64,000 bases of DNA. It comes from Candidatus Hydrogenedentota bacterium. GTDB lineage: Bacteria > Hydrogenedentota > Hydrogenedentia > Hydrogenedentales > SLHB01. The stretch is from positions 40,618 through 104,617 of the forward strand of contig CAVUWV010000023.1 in NCBI GenBank assembly GCA_963745075.1, read 5' to 3'. The translations under genes were made by a program, and so were the position numbers. Within the stretch, counting starts at the first letter, position 1, and the number at the start of each line of letters is the position of its first letter. The notes under the pieces were generated by a model. It was not told where the DNA came from. It saw nothing but the letters and a program-made list of their open reading frames with translations, and did no database searches. Shown here in pieces: positions 58,352-64,000 of this stretch.

Positions 58352-59320
58352 ATGACCGAGGCCAATGCCATAACGGCCCCCATTCGACCTGTCGGCGGTC
58401 CACGCCATGCGTCTCTCGAACTGCGGGGCACGGTGCTCGTTTTTCACCAGCGTGGTTGGGCGGGGAGTGCGTCCGTGTTTATTCCCGTTGAATGGATCAC
58501 CGTTTCGTCGCGGCACCGGTATAACAATAACTTTCTCTTCGGGGTATTGTTGTCGGGCATGATCCTCGTCAGTCTGTGCTCCGCCATGTTGTTTGAAGCA
58601 ACCAAAGGATCGTTGCTGACCGCGGTGGGTATCGGTGTCCCCGCGCTCTTGTGCGCCGGGGTGGTGTCGTATTGCCTGTTCCGGTTCCTGCGGCGGGACC
58701 GGACCACCGTGCTCACGGTGGAAACGGATCCCCGCAGCACGCAAATCGAGTTCTGGCACCTCCCCACCAAGACTCCCGAACTGGATCGGCTGCTGGTCCG
58801 TCTCGGGACGGTGCGCGCGCGCATCGAAGAAGTTGCGCCTTATCCCATCCAGACCAGCCATTCCTGGTACCGGCTGCGGCCGTTGCGCGCGGTTTTGGCC
58901 AAGGGCGTACTTTTCAGCGCGATCCTCTATGTGCCCGTGAGTCTCATTGCGGGCTACATGGAGATGCCCCACCTCGTGTTTTTCCTGCTCCTGCCGCCGG
59001 CCTTTTACGGCGCCCAATACGGGCTCATGGTCGTGCGCAGCCTGGGCAGCCCGAAGTCGTTCCGGGCGGCCGTCCGGAGTTACAACCGGGGCGAAGTCGG
59101 CCGGGCCGATTCCCTGCTGAGCGATACGCTCGCCGCCTATCCGAACCATCCCGAGTCCCTTATGCTGTCCGTATACGTTCATGTCGAGCAGCGCCAATTC
59201 GACCGGGCCTTCGACCAGTGCCGCAAACTTGCCGCCGTCGACCAGCACCACGCCGACGATCTGGTCAAGGAAGTCTGGGCCATCAAACGTATGTACGACC
59301 GCATGGAGTTGGAAGCCTGA
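58352..59320 (+). CDS. Hypothetical membrane protein with C-terminal TPR-like helices
   Basis: About four TM segments; A...YNRG....A......LA.YP pattern. Confidence 0.6.
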   Translation: MTEANAITAPIRPVGGPRHASLELRGTVLVFHQRGWAGSASVFIPVEWITVSSRHRYNNNFLFGVLLSGMILVSLCSAMLFEATKGSLLTAVGIGVPALLCAGVVSYCLFRFLRRDRTTVLTVETDPRSTQIEFWHLPTKTPELDRLLVRLGTVRARIEEVAPYPIQTSHSWYRLRPLRAVLAKGVLFSAILYVPVSLIAGYMEMPHLVFFLLLPPAFYGAQYGLMVVRSLGSPKSFRAAVRSYNRGEVGRADSLLSDTLAAYPNHPESLMLSVYVHVEQRQFDRAFDQCRKLAAVDQHHADDLVKEVWAIKRMYDRMELEA

Positions 59321-59561
59321 TCCCGTTTTTCAAACGTGTTGTACCGTTTCGTTCGCACTCGGATTCGTGCTCGACGCCACCCGACTCTTTCTAATCCGGA
59401 CGCGTCCGAACAGCGACCAAGTTCAAAATTCGGCGCACGAGATTTAAGACCAATCTCCGTGTTCCGCTCAGAAAAAGTCCGAGCCACGCGATGGTCTACT
59501 TCCGATCGCCGTCGCGAATCTGCGGTTTCTACAGTACAACTGAAATAGAGAGGAAGCGATT

Positions 59562-61160
59562 ATGGGCAAATACGTTAAGGCGACATTGCTGCTTTTCATC
59601 GTGGTCCAAGCGGTACCATCCCTTGCCCAATCCGCGGACGAGGCGAGGCCGGTCTATGTGGTGAAACGCGCGACGGCGACGCCGGCGTTGACCGGCCAGT
59701 GGGACAGCCCGGCCTGGAGCGCGGCGAATACGCTGAAAGTATCCCACTTCTTCCCTAGCGAGCAGAACGCGGGGGTCAGCGACCATCGCCCCAAGACCGA
59801 GGCGCGCGTGCTGTACGACGACAAAGGGGTGTACGTCCATTTCTTCGTTCACGACCAATACGTGCGCTGCATCGAGACGGAGTACCACGGCAAGGTCTGG
59901 GAAGACGCTGCCGTCGAATTCTTCGTGCAGCCCAAGGCGGACCGGGGCTATTTTAATTGCGAGATCAATTGCGGCGGCACGATGCTGCTTTCGTACCATG
60001 AGAATCCGGATTACACGGGCCCGGCGACGACACGCGAAGGCGGCACCGTGCCCTGGGACCTCGCCCAACAGGTAACCATCTATCATTCCATGCCGAAAAC
60101 GGTTGATCCCGAAATTGCGGACCCGGTGACGTGGCAGATCGAGTATTTCATCCCGTTCTCCTTGCTGGAGCAGTACGTCGGGCCGCTGGGCGACGTCGCC
60201 GGGCAGGAATGGCGCGCCAATTTCTACAAGATCGCCACGAACAATTCGCACCCCCACTACGGCGCATGGTCGCCGATTCTGGAAGGCGCGAGTTTTCACG
60301 CCCCGCAGTTCTTCGGCGTGCTGAAGTTCGCGGAGGAAGGCAATCTTCGGGTCATGACGTTCAACGTGCTGGTCGATCTTCAGATGGACGCCTCGGTACC
60401 GGCATGGGATCAGCGGAAAGATCTCTGTGCGCAGGTGGTGAAGGAAGTGAATCCCGATCTCCTGGGGTTGCAGGAAACATCGCCCAATCAATTGACCTTC
60501 TTTCGTAATCTTATGACGGGGTACGGTTCGGTGGGCGAACTGCCGCTGTCCCCGGAAGATCAAGCCTTCCTGTACGAGAAGTTTCCCCCGTTGAAGGCGT
60601 TGGGAATGACGACGTATACCGACGTGATTCTGTTCTATCGCGACGAGATCTTCGAGAAACTCGACTCCGGATACATCTGGCTCTCGCCGACGCCGGACAA
60701 GATCTCCGTGGGCTTCGGCAACGGCTTTCCGCGCATGATGATCTGGGCGAAGCTGCGGCACAAACCGAGCGGGCGCGAAATGATGGTCGCCGTGACGCAT
60801 TTCGACAATACGGAACCGTCGCAGCAGCACATGGCGAAACTCAGTCACGAGACGTTACAGCCGTTCGTCGACGCCGGGCTGCCCATCCTATTTATGGGGG
60901 ACTTTAATACCAGCCCGACGCGCGGTGACTATCCCACGCTGACGAGCGGGGGGTGGAAGGATTCCTACCTCGTGAACCCAAAGGCCAGTGAAGATGGCAA
61001 CGACAGCAACGTGCCGACCGCGGGCAGTTCCCGCATCGATCACATCTTCTATCACGGTGACGCCTTCATCCCCAAGACCTGGGAGCGTATCGATTCTCCG
61101 GACCCGACCAAGGAACTGTCCGATCACCATCCGGTCCTGGCGACGTTCGGCTTGCGGTAG
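59562..61160 (+). CDS. Secreted fusion: CBM9-like sugar-binding domain + endonuclease/exonuclease/phosphatase (EEP) domain
   Basis: YDD..VYV.F, D.VEFF, WRANFYK, FH.P..FG; then MTFNV, DLLGLQE, THFD, MGDFN, RIDHIF, SDHHPV. Confidence 0.85.
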   Translation: MGKYVKATLLLFIVVQAVPSLAQSADEARPVYVVKRATATPALTGQWDSPAWSAANTLKVSHFFPSEQNAGVSDHRPKTEARVLYDDKGVYVHFFVHDQYVRCIETEYHGKVWEDAAVEFFVQPKADRGYFNCEINCGGTMLLSYHENPDYTGPATTREGGTVPWDLAQQVTIYHSMPKTVDPEIADPVTWQIEYFIPFSLLEQYVGPLGDVAGQEWRANFYKIATNNSHPHYGAWSPILEGASFHAPQFFGVLKFAEEGNLRVMTFNVLVDLQMDASVPAWDQRKDLCAQVVKEVNPDLLGLQETSPNQLTFFRNLMTGYGSVGELPLSPEDQAFLYEKFPPLKALGMTTYTDVILFYRDEIFEKLDSGYIWLSPTPDKISVGFGNGFPRMMIWAKLRHKPSGREMMVAVTHFDNTEPSQQHMAKLSHETLQPFVDAGLPILFMGDFNTSPTRGDYPTLTSGGWKDSYLVNPKASEDGNDSNVPTAGSSRIDHIFYHGDAFIPKTWERIDSPDPTKELSDHHPVLATFGLR

Positions 61161-61215
61161 TATCCGTCAAGAATGGGGACCGTGGAGCCGTTGAAAAAGC
61201 TCCGGCACAAAAAAT

Positions 61216-61291
61216 GGGGACAGTAACCATTTATTCGTGTCGCCGCGCGTAGGTTGTGGACCGACGATTTCGCTGCATAAATGGTTACTGT
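61216..61291. repeat. Palindromic REP-like element, right arm truncated at the IS110 junction
   Basis: GGGG-ACAGTAACCATTTAT (61220-61234) ... ATAAATGGTTACTGT (61277-61291); the expected CCCC is missing. Confidence 0.7.
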
Positions 61292-62480
61292 TAGCATGCA
61301 TAGGTTGGGAGGTTTCTAAGGAAAGAAAAGTGGGAAGTCTGCCTTACACTAAGTGCAACGGGCGTACGCAGCGCCCATCACACAAGGAGACTTCCCATGA
61401 ACACGAGTCAAGCGTATCACTTCATCGGCCTGGACATCCACAAGCGGACCATTGCGTTTTGCGAGAAGGACCCGTTGGGCAACGTGGTCGATCGGGGAAC
61501 GGTCGGCGCGCGCAAGCGGGAGTTGGAAGCCTTCGCCACGTGTCGCACGCGGCCCTTTGTCGCAGGCATCGAAGCGACGTTGTTTTCCGGTTGGGTCTAC
61601 GACACACTGCTGCCGTACGCGGCCAAACTTCACGTGGGGCATCCCCGCCGGCTCAAAGCGCTCTCGAAGAACAAGAACGACCGCATCGACGCGGAAATGC
61701 TGGCCAACCTGCTGCGGGCCGATCTCTTTCCGTCGTGCTACATGGCTTCGCCCGAAGTGCGCGAATTACGGCGGGTCCTGCGGTACCGCAATTTCCTGGT
61801 CACCCACGTCACCCGCATGAAGAACAAGGCGTCGGGCATTCTGATGGAGACGGGTGTGGAGTACGTCAAATCCAAACTGCACGGGAAGAAATACTTCTCC
61901 GAGTTGTTGGACAGCCTGGAAGACGTTCCGCCATCCGTGATCGGTCTGCTGCGCATGACGCGGAACAACCTCGAGATCTTCACCGCTGCCCAGCGCCAGT
62001 TGCTCCAGGCCTTGACGCAGCATGCCGCCTTGTGCGACCGGGTGACCCTGCTCCAGTCGGTGGGCGGCGTGGGCCAGGTTACGGCGCTGACTTGGGCGCT
62101 CGAGATCGACGACCCGCATCGCTTCACCAATATCCGGCGCGCCCAGAGCTACTGCGGATTGTGCTCGGCCCAACACGAATCGGGCGACAAACAACGCCGC
62201 ATGCCCTTGTCCAAAGAGCGCAATCCCCACATGCAGTCGATTCTCATCGAAGCGGCCAAGCTGGCGCCATCCAAACACACTCACTTGGCGCGCGTACGCG
62301 ACCAAGCCATCGCTCGGGGATACAACAAGAATCGCGCGACCCTGGCCGTGGCGCGCAAACTGGTAGCCTATCTGTTGGCCGTGGACAAGTCCGGGCAGCC
62401 CTTCGTAGCGCCCGAGGTGTAGGAGGTTTTCATATACGGTTCTCCTGTCACGCCACCGGCGTGATTTCCTGCCGACTAGG
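61292..62480 (+). mobile_element. IS110-family element (left end, recombinase gene, start of right end), interrupted by an IS481-like element
   Basis: Symmetry of the upstream palindrome breaks at 61291; IS110 transposase; second IS begins 58 nt after its stop. Confidence 0.7.
61397..62422 (+). CDS. IS110-family transposase/recombinase (DEDD RuvC-like + Tnp20)
   Basis: IGLDIHK, GIEAT, KNDRIDA; LQSVGGVG..TA....EI.D..RF......SYCGL.....ESG; AVARKL. Confidence 0.95.
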   Translation: MNTSQAYHFIGLDIHKRTIAFCEKDPLGNVVDRGTVGARKRELEAFATCRTRPFVAGIEATLFSGWVYDTLLPYAAKLHVGHPRRLKALSKNKNDRIDAEMLANLLRADLFPSCYMASPEVRELRRVLRYRNFLVTHVTRMKNKASGILMETGVEYVKSKLHGKKYFSELLDSLEDVPPSVIGLLRMTRNNLEIFTAAQRQLLQALTQHAALCDRVTLLQSVGGVGQVTALTWALEIDDPHRFTNIRRAQSYCGLCSAQHESGDKQRRMPLSKERNPHMQSILIEAAKLAPSKHTHLARVRDQAIARGYNKNRATLAVARKLVAYLLAVDKSGQPFVAPEV

Positions 62481-64000
62481 TCTCAAGTGCCACCACATCG
62501 TTCAGTGAAATATATGCCAGGACATCGTTCAGTATTTGCATGATAAGCTGCCAGTGCCGGGTGAAACGGAAGCGGTTCTTGCTGGCGAGCACCCCGCCGA
62601 GGGATAGCCCGGTGAGGCTCATCAGACGATGGGTTGGGATGGGGAGCGTACAGGCTCCCCATCTCCTTTCTGAACATCGGATGATAGACCTCCCATGCCT
62701 CAGAAAACGCTTTTCCGGTCAGCGTAGCGGGTATGGACGTTCGTCGATCGCTTCGCCGTCGAGATACAGCAAGAGCCGCTGCCTGGAAACGTCCACGGTG
62801 GCCCACACATATTCGTAGATAGCCTCGGAGGGCATCGAGAACTGTTCCCCGAAGAGGTTGAAGACGGCGTCGCTGCGGATGAACCGAATGACGTGATAGC
62901 ATCCGGCCTCGGGTTTGGACAAAGGGAGTTTGGGTGGCCGTTCCTTGCGGGGGAATCGCAGCGGTTTGTTGGTAGCCGCCAAGGCCTCCATGGGGGTCTT
63001 GCCATTGAGCTTGGTGTATCGATAGCGGAGGTTGTGGCGTTGCTCGAAGGCCAGACTCTCCCGCTTGAGATCCTCTTCGCATTCCATGATGACCCGCCCC
63101 AAGAGCTTCTGTCGCCAATGGTCGTTGAACTTCTCGACCACGCCGTTGCGCCAAGGCTCGGCCAAGGGGATGAAGCACGGCTCGATCCCCAGGGGCAAGC
63201 ACAGTCGGATGAGCTTGCCCATGCCGCGCGGATGCCTGGGACTGCCGTAGAATACGGCCTCGTTGTCCACTTGTTGGTACTTCGGGAAGCCCAAACGCAG
63301 CCAAGTCGCCCACAAGGCATCCACTACGGTGTCTTTGCCGCCCAAAACCGGCTCGACGGCACAGCGCCCGGTGGCGAGGTCGACGCTGTTCAGGCTGTAG
63401 AAACGGATGGGTGTCCGGAGATAGCACGGCCCCACGAAGTCGCTTTGATGCACGAAACCGGGACGAGGCGCATCCAAGGCCGGATAGCTTTTCCCCTTGG
63501 GTTCGTAGCGCCCCGTGCGCCGATGGGTGAGGCCAAGGCGAGCGAGGATGCGTCCGATGGTCCGAATGCTGGGAAGCGGCTCTATCCCTTCCTCCTCGAT
63601 TTGCCAGCGAATCGCCTGCGCTCCGCAAAACTCGCCCCGGTTGTACAATTGCAGCCGCACATGCTTCACAATTTCCTCGAGTTCGGCGGGCGTTCGCGAG
63701 GGCGATCGAATCGGCCTGCGCGAATGCTCCCGATACCATTCCGCTTCGCCTGTTTGGTACCGCTCCAGCCATTTGTAGAGCCATCTCCCCGTCCGCCCAA
63801 GACACGTGCATATCGTTTGGGCTTTCTCTCCCTTCAAATACCGTTGTACCGCTCGTCTTCGACGCCATTCTTCTTGCTCGTCCATGTGCTCCTCCCTTTC
63901 TTGGAGAGAGCACATCGTCGCTCACGAGCCAAACATGATGCTTCGCCACTGAACGATGTCTTGGCACCAAAACCACTGAACGATGTCCTGGCATCTGTCA
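62481..64000 (-). mobile_element. IS481-like insertion sequence (~1520 bp); window ends at its terminus
   Basis: Two ACATCGTTCAGT boxes 27 nt apart at each end in inverted orientation (62495, 62522 / 63948, 63975), the outer box 14 nt from each terminus. Confidence 0.8.
62719..63885 (-). CDS. IS481-like DDE transposase (HTH + rve integrase core)
   Basis: GGAGGAG RBS; W..KWL.RY..G, SRRP..SP, HQSDF, VDN, P.RNGVVEKFN, N....Y..LNGKTP. Confidence 0.92.
   Translation of the reverse strand: MDEQEEWRRRRAVQRYLKGEKAQTICTCLGRTGRWLYKWLERYQTGEAEWYREHSRRPIRSPSRTPAELEEIVKHVRLQLYNRGEFCGAQAIRWQIEEEGIEPLPSIRTIGRILARLGLTHRRTGRYEPKGKSYPALDAPRPGFVHQSDFVGPCYLRTPIRFYSLNSVDLATGRCAVEPVLGGKDTVVDALWATWLRLGFPKYQQVDNEAVFYGSPRHPRGMGKLIRLCLPLGIEPCFIPLAEPWRNGVVEKFNDHWRQKLLGRVIMECEEDLKRESLAFEQRHNLRYRYTKLNGKTPMEALAATNKPLRFPRKERPPKLPLSKPEAGCYHVIRFIRSDAVFNLFGEQFSMPSEAIYEYVWATVDVSRQRLLLYLDGEAIDERPYPLR

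Noticed and set aside
62495..62533. Direct repeats ACATCGTTCAGT as a mini CRISPR array
   Set aside because: Only two 12-bp copies with a 15-nt spacer, mirrored at the other IS end; these are transposase-binding boxes, and there are no cas genes
1..64000. tRNA, rRNA, CRISPR arrays, prophage or defence-system genes, selenocysteine readthrough
   Set aside because: No cloverleaf or T-loop motifs, repeat-spacer arrays, phage genes or in-frame TGA within conserved domains were seen by eye

Overview
GC-rich bacterial chromosomal window with about 55 genes. The gene content (sulfatase, many sugar-modifying and secreted proteins, flagellar flgK, stand-alone MshEN proteins) suggests a Hydrogenedentes/PVC-like organism, but this is inference only. 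Most genes are housekeeping or metabolic: dprA, solA, three PhyH dioxygenases, cyoE/SCO/DUF420, htpG, tilS-hpt, comF, MATE, flgK, ctaA, FprA-type reductase, SMUG1, DapA family, M20 peptidase and CAZyme-like proteins. There is a small toxin-antitoxin islet at 3.3-5.2 kb. At the right end an IS110 element appears inserted into a palindromic repeat, and an IS481-like element is nested in its downstream non-coding end. Six single-base frameshifts in the first 13 kb (GH1, cyoE, htpG x3, a lipoprotein) are probably assembly errors. The most notable unexplained signals are: (1) a promoter-equipped, ORF-less ~120 nt RNA with paired ends and a four-way junction at 37.37-37.48 kb; (2) a structured leader and a PilC-N-like mini-protein next to comF; (3) tandem stand-alone MshEN proteins behind a sigma54 promoter; (4) a sigma28-driven small Cys-rich protein; (5) a GH1 whose catalytic nucleophile is Gly; (6) several families of intergenic REP-like and 6/7/9-nt periodic repeats. 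No tRNA, rRNA or CRISPR array was seen.
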